Part shown: one piece after another, positions 17,970-27,544 of the stretch
Numbering within the stretch: the first letter of the stretch is position 1
Layout: each line of letters starts with the position of its first letter
The notes under the pieces: generated by a model
The model's input: only the letters and a program-made list of their open reading frames with translations
Database searches by the model: none
Told to the model about the DNA's origin: nothing
From: Tannerella sp.
GTDB taxonomy: Bacteria > Bacteroidota > Bacteroidia > Bacteroidales > Tannerellaceae
Assembly: GCA_031283915.1 (NCBI GenBank)
Contig: JAITAY010000147.1
Location: forward strand, 1-36,308
Length of the DNA: 36,308 bases
Direction: 5' to 3'
Program-made: the position numbers and the translations under genes

Positions 17970-19730
17970 ATGGAAAAAATAAAGTGTTTGATTATCGGGT
18001 CGGGACCGGCCGGTTACACGGCGGCTATTTACGCCTCGCGTGCCGGCTTGTCCCCCGTACTGTACGAAGGCATTCAACCGGGCGGACAGTTGACCGCCAC
18101 CACGGATGTAGAGAATTTCCCGGGTTATCCGCAGGGTGTATCCGGCATGGAGATGATGGAGGACATGAAACAGCAGGCCCTCCGCTTCGGAACGGATGTG
18201 CGTGCCGGCGTCGCTACCGGTGCGGATTTGTCGAGCGTGCCTTACAAAATAACGATTGACGGGCAGCTGACGGTGGAAACGGAGACGTTGATTATCGCCA
18301 CCGGCGCATCGGCCAGGTACCTTGGCCTGCCCGACGAACAGACCTATGCCGGGAGGGGCGTCTCGGCCTGCGCCACGTGCGACGGCTTTTTCTACCGTAA
18401 AAAAAACGTGGCCGTCGTCGGCGGCGGCGATACCGCCTGCGAGGATGCGCTCTATCTTTCCCGTCTGGCTTCGCAGGTCTTCCTGATTGTACGCAAACCG
18501 TTCCTGCGTGCTTCGAAAGTGATGCAGGATCGTGTGTTCCAAACGCCGAACATCCAAATCCTGTTCGAACACAATACCCTCGGACTGTTTGGCGGGAAGG
18601 GCCTCGAGGGCGCTCATCTGGTGAAACGCAAAGGCGAACCGGACGAAGAAAAGGTGGATATTGCCATCGACGGCTTTTTCCTGGCCATCGGCCACCGGCC
18701 GGAGTCCGGCCTCTTCAAGCCCTGGCTCAAAACGGATGAGAACGGTTATATCCTCACCCGTCCGGGTACGCCCTGTACCGAGTTGCCGGGCGTGTTTGCC
18801 GCCGGCGACGTGGCCGACCCGGTCTACAGACAGGCCGTCACGGCGGCGGCCAACGGTTGCCGGGCGGCCATCGAAGCGGAGCGTTACCTGATGAGGAAAA
18901 GAAATTCTTTTACGAAACTATTGGAAAAATTCAAGACGGAACTAAAAAACGGAACTTTCTGGACGACCGCCCTGACACTCCTGACACTCCTGACATGTTT
19001 GCCTCTGGCGGCGCAGGACAAGCCGCTGGTGATTGCTCATCGCGGGTACTGGCAGTCGCGCGGCTCGGCGCAAAATTCAATTGCCGCCCTGATACGCGCC
19101 GACGAAATCAAGGCCTACGCCGCGGAGTTCGATGTGCACCTGACGGCAGATGACATACTGGTGGTCAATCATGACCCTGCCATAGAAGGATTCGAGATAC
19201 AGAAAAGTGCGTATACCGCCCTCAAAGACCTTGTCCTTCCGAACGGCGAAAAAATCCCGACGGCACGCGAATACCTGGAAGCGGCGCGGCGTACGCAACT
19301 CAAGCTGGTTTTTGAGTTGAAGCCTCATGCTACTCCGGAAAGAAACCGGGAAGCGGCGCAGATTTCGGTCGAGCTGGTGAAGGAAAAGAAACTGTTGCCG
19401 CGGACGGAATTTATTACCTTCAACCTGGATGCCGGAAAAGAACTGATCCGGCTGGCGCCGGAAGCGGATGTGTATTATCTGAATGGCGAACTGTCGCCGA
19501 AGGAACTGAAGGAATTGGGTTTTGCGGGACTGGACTATCATTATGACGTGATGCGGAAGAACCCGCAATGGTTTAAGGAAGCCAAGGCGCTGGGTTTGGG
19601 CATCAATGTATGGACGGTGAATGATACGGCGCTGATAGGCGAGATGACGGACGCCGGCGCGGACTTTATCACTACCGATGTCCCGAACGACGCCTTGAAA
19701 TGGATAGGGACGACGTATAACAGGGAATGA
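17970..19730 (+). CDS. trxB: Thioredoxin reductase fused in frame to a glycerophosphodiester phosphodiesterase
   Basis: aa 1-307: GSGPAG, SACATCDG, VGGGDTA, AAGDV...AERYL. Then a basic linker, a hydrophobic signal-like stretch, and GDPD motifs VIAHRG, EFDVH, ELK, VWTVND and ITTD. Confidence 0.9.
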   Translation: MEKIKCLIIGSGPAGYTAAIYASRAGLSPVLYEGIQPGGQLTATTDVENFPGYPQGVSGMEMMEDMKQQALRFGTDVRAGVATGADLSSVPYKITIDGQLTVETETLIIATGASARYLGLPDEQTYAGRGVSACATCDGFFYRKKNVAVVGGGDTACEDALYLSRLASQVFLIVRKPFLRASKVMQDRVFQTPNIQILFEHNTLGLFGGKGLEGAHLVKRKGEPDEEKVDIAIDGFFLAIGHRPESGLFKPWLKTDENGYILTRPGTPCTELPGVFAAGDVADPVYRQAVTAAANGCRAAIEAERYLMRKRNSFTKLLEKFKTELKNGTFWTTALTLLTLLTCLPLAAQDKPLVIAHRGYWQSRGSAQNSIAALIRADEIKAYAAEFDVHLTADDILVVNHDPAIEGFEIQKSAYTALKDLVLPNGEKIPTAREYLEAARRTQLKLVFELKPHATPERNREAAQISVELVKEKKLLPRTEFITFNLDAGKELIRLAPEADVYYLNGELSPKELKELGFAGLDYHYDVMRKNPQWFKEAKALGLGINVWTVNDTALIGEMTDAGADFITTDVPNDALKWIGTTYNRE

Positions 19731-21217
19731 ACGTTTTCAGGAAATTTCTTATAGGAATTTGGTTGACGGGCGCAGTGTATGCGACCGGTACCGACGCACC
19801 GAAACGGGAGATACGGGCGGTCTGGCTGGCCACTATTTACGGCCTGGACTGGCCGACGCAGCCGGCAACGGATGAGGCCGGACGGATCCGTCAGCGGGAG
19901 GAATTGCTTACCTTGCTCGACCGCCTGAAAGCGGCGAATTTCAACACCGTATTCTTGCAGGTGCGCTCGCGCGGCGATGTGATCTATCCGTCGGAAATAG
20001 AACCGATATCCAAAGTCTTTTCGGGGAAATACAACGTCTCGCCGGGATATGACCCGCTGGCTTTCGCGATTGACGAATGTCACAAACGGGGACTGGAATG
20101 TCATGTCTTTCTGGTCGCCTTTCCGGTCGGTTTGTCCAGGGTGGTCGAAGAACAGGGGGCGCTGTCCGTCGTGAAGCGGCGGCCGGAACTCTGCCTGAAA
20201 CACGGCAACGGCTGGTATCTGGATCCCGGTCATCCCGGAACGTGCGATTACATGCTGTCGCTTGTCAAGGAAATTGTTGACCGTTACGATGTGGACGGCA
20301 TCCAGTTCGATTACATCCGTTACCCGGAGAATGCGCAGTCCTTTCCCGACGGCCAGACGTTTGCCACTTACGGGAACGGAAAAAACCTGGCAGACTGGCG
20401 CCGCGAGAATATCAACCGGCTGATGGCGCACGTGTACGACTGGGTGAAACAAACCAAGCCCTGGGTACAGGTGAGCAGTTCCCCGCTGGGCAAATACCGC
20501 CGGAACGAGCAGACGCCGAATGCCGTATGGACAGCCTTCGACGATGTCTACCAGGATCCGAAAGCCTGGATGCAGGCAGGTAAGCAGGACATGATTGTAC
20601 CCATGATGTATTATCGGGCGAACGATTTTTATCCCTTTGTGAGCATTTGGGTGGAACAGGTCGAGCAACGAAACATGGTAGCCGGCCTGGGCGCCTACCG
20701 CCTGAACCGGAAGGAAGGCGACTGGAACCTGTCGGAGATGATCGACCAAATCAATTATGTGCGCAAGCAGGGAGGAAGCGGTTGCGCCTTTTTCCGCGCC
20801 CGGTTCGTGGTTGAGGACGAAAAGGGACTGTACGGCGAATTGAAGAATCACCTGTTTCAGTTTCCGGCACAGCTGCCGCCGCTGACCTGGCTGGCCGCCG
20901 ATACGCTATCGCCCCCGAAAGCGCCGCAGGAGATGATTGTTACACGCAAAGACAGTTGCCTGCAACTGTCATGGGAGGACGTTTCGCCGCCGGGCGAACA
21001 TACGTATACGGTGTATTATTCGCTGGCCGATACGCTTGATACGAACCAGGCGCGGTCTATTCTGGCAACCGGTATCCGTGACCGGCAAATCCATCTCCCG
21101 GTAGACAGCGCGATGGAAAAAGGTTACCTGTTTTGTGTAACGGCCTCCAACCGTTACCGGGTGGAAAGTCTGCCGTCATACGAAACTTACTACTATCTTT
21201 CTGCTTTTGAGAAATAA
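19727..21217 (+). CDS. Glycosyl hydrolase-like 10 (YddW/DigH-like) protein with a C-terminal FN3-like domain
   Basis: REIRAVWLATIYGLDWP, FLQVRSRGD, YDPLAFAIDECHKRGLE and DGIQFDYIRYP; signal peptide. Confidence 0.9.
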   Translation: MNVFRKFLIGIWLTGAVYATGTDAPKREIRAVWLATIYGLDWPTQPATDEAGRIRQREELLTLLDRLKAANFNTVFLQVRSRGDVIYPSEIEPISKVFSGKYNVSPGYDPLAFAIDECHKRGLECHVFLVAFPVGLSRVVEEQGALSVVKRRPELCLKHGNGWYLDPGHPGTCDYMLSLVKEIVDRYDVDGIQFDYIRYPENAQSFPDGQTFATYGNGKNLADWRRENINRLMAHVYDWVKQTKPWVQVSSSPLGKYRRNEQTPNAVWTAFDDVYQDPKAWMQAGKQDMIVPMMYYRANDFYPFVSIWVEQVEQRNMVAGLGAYRLNRKEGDWNLSEMIDQINYVRKQGGSGCAFFRARFVVEDEKGLYGELKNHLFQFPAQLPPLTWLAADTLSPPKAPQEMIVTRKDSCLQLSWEDVSPPGEHTYTVYYSLADTLDTNQARSILATGIRDRQIHLPVDSAMEKGYLFCVTASNRYRVESLPSYETYYYLSAFEK

Positions 21218-21232
21218 ATAACAGACATTTGG

Positions 21233-21721
21233 ATGATCGAACCAAACTGGTATGCATTATATACCTTTCCCCGGGCGGAAAAGAAGGTGAAAGACCGTCT
21301 GGATGCGATGGGCAAGGAGACTTATCTGCCGTTGCACCGGTCGCCCCGCGCATGGTCAGACCGGGTGAAAATCATTGACAAGCCGTTGTTTTCTTCCTAT
21401 ATTTTCGTGCATTGTCAGGAGTGGGAACTGCATCCGTTGCTGTGGGAGGTCTACGGCGTGCTGCGCATTGTGTATTACTGCGGCAAACCGGCCGTCATTC
21501 GCCCGCAGGAAATCGACGCCATCCGGCAGTTTCTGGAACAGGCTGCCGAACGTCCGCTCTGCGAAGGCGAAGAGGTCGAGATTCTCGCCGGCTCATTCAA
21601 GTACATTTCCGGAAAGATACAGCGGATAAAGAAAAAATATCTGGTACTCTACATCGAACCGTTGGGAAGCATGGTCAGCGTGGACTTGACGAAAGTCGCA
21701 CGTCTCGATCGGTTAAAATAG
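21233..21721 (+). CDS. upxY: UpxY-family (NusG/RfaH paralog) transcription antiterminator
   Basis: WYALYTFPRAEKKV, WSDRVKIIDKPLFSSYIFV, PAVI and KOW motif GEEVEILAGSF. Confidence 0.9.
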   Translation: MIEPNWYALYTFPRAEKKVKDRLDAMGKETYLPLHRSPRAWSDRVKIIDKPLFSSYIFVHCQEWELHPLLWEVYGVLRIVYYCGKPAVIRPQEIDAIRQFLEQAAERPLCEGEEVEILAGSFKYISGKIQRIKKKYLVLYIEPLGSMVSVDLTKVARLDRLK

Positions 21722-21778
21722 GATGCGGCGCATTTCGGATTTACATGTTTTTTAGGATGTCATCCCGGAAACTTCCCG

Positions 21779-21786
21779 TAAATTTG
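21779..21786 (+). promoter_or_regulatory. -7 promoter box of the AAA-ATPase gene
   Basis: TAAATTTG lies 17 nt upstream of ATG 21804. Confidence 0.5.
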
Positions 21787-21803
21787 TCGGAAAAAGAAGT
21801 GTC

Positions 21804-23369
21804 ATGAAAAGATTACCGATAGGCATACAGTCATTTGAAAAATTGCGAACGGCAGACTGCGTTTATGTAGACAAGACGGAAGATATGTACCGGATGATTA
21901 CCCTGGGTGACGTTTATTTTCTTTCGCGTCCGCGACGTTTCGGCAAATCGCTTCTGGTAAGCGCGCTGAATGAACTTTTCAAGGGGAATAAAGCCCTGTT
22001 TGAAGGGTTGTATATATACGACAAATGGGATTGGACGAGGCAATACCCGGTGATACGGATCGACTGGACGATCATTCAACATTCGACGCCGGAAGAACTC
22101 GAACGGGATTTGTCGGCATACCTGGGAAGGATCGCTGAGGATTTCCGGCTGACGCTGGGACGGGAATATGCATCCAGCCGTCTGAACGAACTGATCGAGC
22201 TTTTGCACCGGCAGACGGGCGAAAAAGTGGTCGTACTGGTAGATGAATACGACAAACCTATTACTTCGCATTTGACGGATACAGGAAAAATCAAGGCTGT
22301 TCGCGAAAAACTGCATAACATTTATCAGGTACTGAAAGGTAGCGACAATCACCTGCAATTCGTTTTTTTGACGGGCGTGTCCAAGTTCGCCGGACTGTCG
22401 ATATTCTCCGCCCTGAACAACCTGAACGATATCACGCTGAACGCCAAATATGCCTCTATTTGCGGCTATACCCAGCAGGAACTGGAAAGCCATTTTGCAG
22501 AATACATTAATGACATGGTCCGGGAGACAGGCGCGACCCGGGAAGACTTGCTGTCGGCCATCAAGACGTGGTATAACGGCTATACATGGGACGGGAAAAC
22601 GGCGGTGTACAATCCTTACTCGACGCTGATGTTTTTCGAAAACCGGGAATTTGCCAACTATTGGTTCCGCACGGGCACGCCGACCTTTCTGATGAACCTC
22701 TTAATTCAAAAGGAGTACCGGCTTGAACAGGTGCTGGAGCCGATCACCGTTTCGTCGGGTGTCTTTGACAGCTACGATCCGGAACGCCTGGAAGAGATTC
22801 CTCTGTTGTTCCAGACCGGTTACCTTACCATCAAGAAAAAGGAATTTGTTTTGATGCGTCCGCACTATACGCTGGGGCTGCCCAATGCCGAAGTTGGCGA
22901 AGCGTTGACCGAACAGTTGCTGAATGCCTACACGGCTTATCCGACGGGCAAGGCCGAAAGCCTTCGGGAACGAATGCAGGAGCAGCTTCGCCAGCAGGAT
23001 ACGGCCGGACTGGAGCAGTGTCTGCGCGAGATGCTTGCCGGCATTCCTTATCTGCATGTGGTACGAACGGAAGCCTGGTATCATTCCGTCATGCTGCTGT
23101 GGTTGCGTCTGCTCGGATTTGAGTTGCTCGGAGAAGTGCCCACAAATATAGGCCGGATAGATGCCGTATGGTTCTTTCCGGGTCATGCGATGGTGGTAGA
23201 AGTGAAAAGCCGGCCGGAAGAGTCGGACATTGCCCGGTTGCTGGATGCCGCCATCGGACAAATCCGGGAAAAACGGTATTACGAACGGTTTATGGGCGAA
23301 CGGCAAGTATCTCTGTTGGCTGTGGCCTTCGCAGGAAACGAAATCGGATGCCGGATGGAGAAGGTATAA
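21804..23369 (+). CDS. AAA-ATPase-like protein with a C-terminal PD-(D/E)XK nuclease domain
   Basis: LPIGIQSF, YVDKT, SRPRRFGKS, LVDEYDKP, YNPYS, YWFRTGTP and GRIDAVW...VEVK. Confidence 0.92.
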   Translation: MKRLPIGIQSFEKLRTADCVYVDKTEDMYRMITLGDVYFLSRPRRFGKSLLVSALNELFKGNKALFEGLYIYDKWDWTRQYPVIRIDWTIIQHSTPEELERDLSAYLGRIAEDFRLTLGREYASSRLNELIELLHRQTGEKVVVLVDEYDKPITSHLTDTGKIKAVREKLHNIYQVLKGSDNHLQFVFLTGVSKFAGLSIFSALNNLNDITLNAKYASICGYTQQELESHFAEYINDMVRETGATREDLLSAIKTWYNGYTWDGKTAVYNPYSTLMFFENREFANYWFRTGTPTFLMNLLIQKEYRLEQVLEPITVSSGVFDSYDPERLEEIPLLFQTGYLTIKKKEFVLMRPHYTLGLPNAEVGEALTEQLLNAYTAYPTGKAESLRERMQEQLRQQDTAGLEQCLREMLAGIPYLHVVRTEAWYHSVMLLWLRLLGFELLGEVPTNIGRIDAVWFFPGHAMVVEVKSRPEESDIARLLDAAIGQIREKRYYERFMGERQVSLLAVAFAGNEIGCRMEKV

Positions 23370-23388
23370 TCACAGATTTTGCCACCCG

Positions 23389-23410
23389 CCCGTCGGTTTT
23401 AACCGACGGG
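23389..23410. repeat. REP-like palindrome between convergent genes
   Basis: CCCGTCGGTT-TT-AACCGACGGG; a related half copy CCCGTCGGCTAAAGCC lies at 33897-33912. Confidence 0.75.
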
Positions 23411-23446
23411 GCAGACAGACAGAAAAAGCCCTTGGTTACACTTTAT

Positions 23447-24526
23447 TTACTCCGAATACATTTTGTGATGGAAGATACGGTCGAGCCAGTCGTATGCTTC
23501 CAGACGATTCTCTGTCGGAAAATCGTGTTTTGCGTCGGGATAGCTGACCCGCAGAGCGGTTTCGGCATTCAGGAAACGGTAGACCTCCATGGCCTTGTCC
23601 ATCCCTGCCTTGACGCCCTTTACATCGAAATTGGCGTCGTGCAGCGGTGAACACGAGTAAAAGGCTCGAGGGGCAATCAGGGCGATGACGTCGTGGAAGT
23701 TGAACGGAACGCGCTCTAACCGGTATTTGTCGCGTAACAGGGGCATGTACTTGTCCTGCGCCCAGGGGCCTAACCGTCCACCGTAGGCTTTGGAAGCCTC
23801 TTCCCCGATGTAATAGTACTCGAACTCCGTCCATCCGCAGCTTGACACTACGGCTTTCAGCCGCGTATCGAAGGCGGCAACAAACAGGGCGTTATGACCG
23901 CCCAGCGAATGACCGATGACCCCGATTTTATCCGCATTCACGAAATCCATCGACTGCAACCAGTCGATGCAACGGATATGGTCAAAAATCCCCTTCATTG
24001 TGCCCGAAGCATAACGGCTGTTCCGGAAATCAAAGTCGCTCAGGTCGCCGAATCCGGGATAATCGGGTGCGATGACGACATAACCCTGTTGCGCCAGTTC
24101 CCTTGCGTAGGGCAGACGGTAGTCGCTTTCCCCGTCGGGAATCAGCTTTCCCGCAGCGCCGGTCGGATGCAGCGCCAGCATGGCCGGACAGCGCCGGGCG
24201 GCTTTTGCGGAGAGGGGAACGTAGAGCAACGCCGGCAGTTCCTCGCCTGCGGCCACCGTCAAGCGAACTGTGTAACGGGTAAAAGTTGCTTCATGCAGGC
24301 TGTCCAGGTATTGCACGTCGAAGGGCGGCAGTTGCGAACGCGAAGGCAATGCGCCCATGGCTGCCTGCAAACTGTCCAGCAGTTGTCCGCGCTTGATGTC
24401 CCACTCCTGCAACGTCCGAACGGGTTTGCTCCGGCCGCTCGCCGGATCGCTGTACGACATCCATTCGCCCACCCCAGGCCGGCACCCGGCCAGTAACAGT
24501 AGTAATCCGTAAAGTATTGTTTTCAT
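23447..24526 (-). CDS. Alpha/beta-hydrolase (dienelactone hydrolase / carbohydrate esterase-like) lipoprotein
   Basis: Start reassigned to MKTILYGLLLLLAGC (lipobox, ATGA overlap). Nucleophile motif GHSLGG, LIAPR and HDF. Confidence 0.85.
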   Translation of the reverse strand: MKTILYGLLLLLAGCRPGVGEWMSYSDPASGRSKPVRTLQEWDIKRGQLLDSLQAAMGALPSRSQLPPFDVQYLDSLHEATFTRYTVRLTVAAGEELPALLYVPLSAKAARRCPAMLALHPTGAAGKLIPDGESDYRLPYARELAQQGYVVIAPDYPGFGDLSDFDFRNSRYASGTMKGIFDHIRCIDWLQSMDFVNADKIGVIGHSLGGHNALFVAAFDTRLKAVVSSCGWTEFEYYYIGEEASKAYGGRLGPWAQDKYMPLLRDKYRLERVPFNFHDVIALIAPRAFYSCSPLHDANFDVKGVKAGMDKAMEVYRFLNAETALRVSYPDAKHDFPTENRLEAYDWLDRIFHHKMYSE

Positions 24527-25911
24527 CTTTCCGCCGGTGAATCGTTTCCGCCGGAGATGCCAGCCTGTCCGGCCACTTCCTCCATGCTTTTGCAAATTAG
24601 TTCTTCGATTCCGGGCAACCACGGCGCAGGCAATCCGAAAGCCATCATGGAAGTACGACCTTCATAGCCCCCCTCTTCCAGAATCACGGCTGTCGGGATA
24701 TAGGCCATGACGTCGTTGGTATACCCCAGTACGAACGCATGTTCGCCGTATGTCCGTTTCAGCCGGATAGCGTATCCGACGGTCAGTTCACCGCCGAGTG
24801 CGAACAACGGCCATCCGCCGATGTTCCACGCCTGCAGGCCGTACGGACAGGCTTCCGGGAGCGGCTCTCCCTTGCGGATCTGTTCCAGTATGCGCTTCGC
24901 CCAGCGGGCACGATAGTCGTTGGTCGTCCGGATCATTTCATTCAGGGCATCTTCCGACGGGGGAACGTCTAAGGGCAGCGAGATTTCCCGGTAAGCAGTT
25001 TTCAGCGTCGGCGGCAGCGCCGTCATGTCTTCCTGCAACACCCGATCGACGGCGGCTGCTATCGTGACGCCATGCTGTTTGGCTAACGGGACGGTGCGGC
25101 GAGGCAACGGATTCTGGTCGCCGCCTGCTCCTTGGAAAAACAGCGTCACAACACCCGGATACCGTTTTTCCAGCGTTTCCCGTGCATAACCCGGCCAGTC
25201 TCCCGACCACGAGTAACCGTCCAGCACCGTCGGATGACAGGCGTAGCCGAAAACAATGGCCTTGAGTTGTCCCGAGCGGCCGGTCACTTTCAATACGGGC
25301 ACAGCAAAGTCGTTCGGCCCTTTCAACTCCGTCTGGCGACTCAGGTCGCGTTCGGAATTGTTTCTCCGGTTCACCTGCATACGAGCCACGCCGTTGGCGG
25401 CATGGAGCGAAACAGGCTCCAGCGACCGGGACGCCTTGAGAACCACGTCGATGATTTGCTTTTCAAAGAAGACACCGTAACGGTTGATTTTCTCCTCTTC
25501 CTCTTCGCTGAGCGGGTAAATATCCGTCAATATGCCGGGCAGCACAGGCCCCGAATGGGTATGTGAACAGTTCAGGATGATTTGGGCGGGAGTCAGTCCC
25601 AGACGGGTATTTAATTCTTTTCGGATGCGGTCGGCGAGGTCTTTTGTGATACCGACCACATCCAAGGTCACCAGTACGGAACGGTATCCGGTGGAATCTT
25701 CCAGCACAAGCGCCTTCGCCCATAAGTCTTGCGACGTACCCTCGGACGCATGGTCTCTGGCGGCATAGCCGGCCAGCCACATGCTTTCCGCCGGGGTGGT
25801 TTTCACCTGAGCTATGCCGGCCTTCCAGCCCGCCGGCGAAGAGGCTTCCTTGCAGGCCGACAGCCCAAGAACGGCGAGCAGATAAAAAAGAATCGTGCGT
25901 AAAGGTTTCAT
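24523..25911 (-). CDS. Neutral/alkaline ceramidase N-terminal-domain protein (metallo-amidohydrolase-like lipoprotein)
   Basis: Start MKPLRTILFYLLAVLGLSAC; LAGYAAR, DLWAKAL, SHTHSGP, YACHPT, QGAGGDQNP and GGYE. Confidence 0.85.
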   Translation of the reverse strand: MKPLRTILFYLLAVLGLSACKEASSPAGWKAGIAQVKTTPAESMWLAGYAARDHASEGTSQDLWAKALVLEDSTGYRSVLVTLDVVGITKDLADRIRKELNTRLGLTPAQIILNCSHTHSGPVLPGILTDIYPLSEEEEEKINRYGVFFEKQIIDVVLKASRSLEPVSLHAANGVARMQVNRRNNSERDLSRQTELKGPNDFAVPVLKVTGRSGQLKAIVFGYACHPTVLDGYSWSGDWPGYARETLEKRYPGVVTLFFQGAGGDQNPLPRRTVPLAKQHGVTIAAAVDRVLQEDMTALPPTLKTAYREISLPLDVPPSEDALNEMIRTTNDYRARWAKRILEQIRKGEPLPEACPYGLQAWNIGGWPLFALGGELTVGYAIRLKRTYGEHAFVLGYTNDVMAYIPTAVILEEGGYEGRTSMMAFGLPAPWLPGIEELICKSMEEVAGQAGISGGNDSPAER

Positions 25912-25912
25912 T

Positions 25913-27304
25913 TTATTTTTCCAGTGTAAGTAATTTCTCCGCATTCTCTTGTATTTTATGGATAGCTGCGGCCATGTCGTCCATGTCTTTCCGGTTGCCC
26001 AGCAACATGTTCTGGGTAAACCAGACGGCTTCTTCCGTGCACACCCGGTCAGCCTCCGGACAGGCGTTCCGTTCATTCCAGGCATGTATATCCAATGCTT
26101 CGGCCGGATACATTTTCCGGTAATTCTTGCTGTTGAAAGTATGTTCGAGGCACGGCATCCGGTTGAGCGGAACCGTATATCCGTCGGTACAGGGGATGCC
26201 TTCCGCCTGCATCGCCTTCAGAAAAGCGTTTCGCGACAACCCCTTGAAATATTCCTTTTTGTAACGGAACGGGAACAAGTGCCAGGCGGCGCGTGTGACG
26301 CCGTCGTACAGTTTGCCGGGGAGAATCCCCGGTATTCGGACGATCTTTGAGCGCAGGTATGCCGCATTTTCATTACGCAGGGTCGTTTCCGCTTCCAACC
26401 GGGTCAGTTGCGCCAGGCCAATGGCCGCCTGATATTCGGCCATCCGCAGTTTAGTTCCCATCATGATGGCGCCTGCGCCCGTCGCGCCGACAGCGCTCCC
26501 GTACGGGTTGCCATAATTGTGAAACGAGTAGCAGCGATCCATCAGTTCGTCGTCGTCGCTCACGATGGCGCCGCCCTCGCCGACGGCCAGGTTTTTGGAA
26601 TTTTGGAAACTGAAGCAGCCGGCATTGCCGAATGTCCCGACTTTCCGGTGATTGATTTCCGCGAGCCAGGCCTGGCAGGCATCTTCCACGACTGCCAGGT
26701 TATGTTTTTCGGCAATGGCCATGATACGGGGCATGTCGGCCGGTAGGCCAAGGATATGTACCGGCAGGATAGCCCGTGTGCGCGGCGTGATTTTGCTTTC
26801 GATATTTTCCGGCGCAATCTGGAACGTCTCCGGGTCAATATCGGCGAAGACCGGCATGGCGCCGGTCATCAGGATAACGGACATGCTGGCTATAAACGTA
26901 TAAGGCGTGACAATCACTTCGTCTCCCCCGCCGATACCCAACTGAGCCAGGGCGGTATGCAGTGCACCGGTACCGTTCACCAGTGCCAGGCAACGCTTGG
27001 CGCCAATCAGTTTTGCCCATTGCTGTTCAAACTCCGTCACCACGTCGGCACGCGACCATACGCCGCTTCGCATCACTTCAAGTAACCGCGGTTCGTCGGT
27101 TGCCGGTTGCCACTGCGGCCATTTCGGCCACGGCGTACTGTGTACCGGTCGGCCACCCATAATCGCCGGCTGACCGGCATCCCCGGCGGGAATAACAGAA
27201 ATATCCCTGCCGGCGGAAGCCATTCGTCCCGCTGCCATAAAACCCAGTCCGGCTAAAGAGTTACGCTTGATAAATTCACGTCTGGAACAAAATTTTTCAG
27301 TCAT
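25913..27304 (-). CDS. DegT/DnrJ/EryC1/StrS PLP aminotransferase with a Tat signal peptide
   Basis: N-terminal SRREFIK; NGTGAL, VEDACQA and the PLP lysine in FSFQNSKNL. Confidence 0.92.
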   Translation of the reverse strand: MTEKFCSRREFIKRNSLAGLGFMAAGRMASAGRDISVIPAGDAGQPAIMGGRPVHSTPWPKWPQWQPATDEPRLLEVMRSGVWSRADVVTEFEQQWAKLIGAKRCLALVNGTGALHTALAQLGIGGGDEVIVTPYTFIASMSVILMTGAMPVFADIDPETFQIAPENIESKITPRTRAILPVHILGLPADMPRIMAIAEKHNLAVVEDACQAWLAEINHRKVGTFGNAGCFSFQNSKNLAVGEGGAIVSDDDELMDRCYSFHNYGNPYGSAVGATGAGAIMMGTKLRMAEYQAAIGLAQLTRLEAETTLRNENAAYLRSKIVRIPGILPGKLYDGVTRAAWHLFPFRYKKEYFKGLSRNAFLKAMQAEGIPCTDGYTVPLNRMPCLEHTFNSKNYRKMYPAEALDIHAWNERNACPEADRVCTEEAVWFTQNMLLGNRKDMDDMAAAIHKIQENAEKLLTLEK

Positions 27305-27544
27305 AATTTTAGTATTGTTTAGAATGTTGCGGTAAATATACTCCGTTCGACACATTCACTCTTTATGATTTGCGAAAAATAATCCTCAAAAAACGTCGAT
27401 TTTTCCGGATGCTACACTTTGCGGGGGATGATGTCAGCGCTTCGTCCACCTTGCCGGTTACGCTGTCTTTCACCTCAATGATTTGCGGTTGAGGCGAGGC
27501 GGCGTGTATCTTCGTCAGCCTCATTTATGAGCCGCCTCTAACGG

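Noticed and set aside
25912-26085. Long N-terminal extensions in the ORF track (also 24527-24622, 27305-27355 and 33405-33473)
   Set aside because: Downstream ATGs give proper signal peptides, translational coupling or promoter spacing.
25913-27304. Antibiotic or O-antigen biosynthetic cluster suggested by DegT and nearby upxY
   Set aside because: No glycosyltransferase, nucleotidyltransferase, flippase or PKS/NRPS genes; upxY is on the opposite strand.
27363-27524. 53-codon minus-strand ORF (MRLTKIHAASPQPQIIEVKDSVTGK...)
   Set aside because: Short with no recognisable motif; it cannot be told apart from chance or a remnant.
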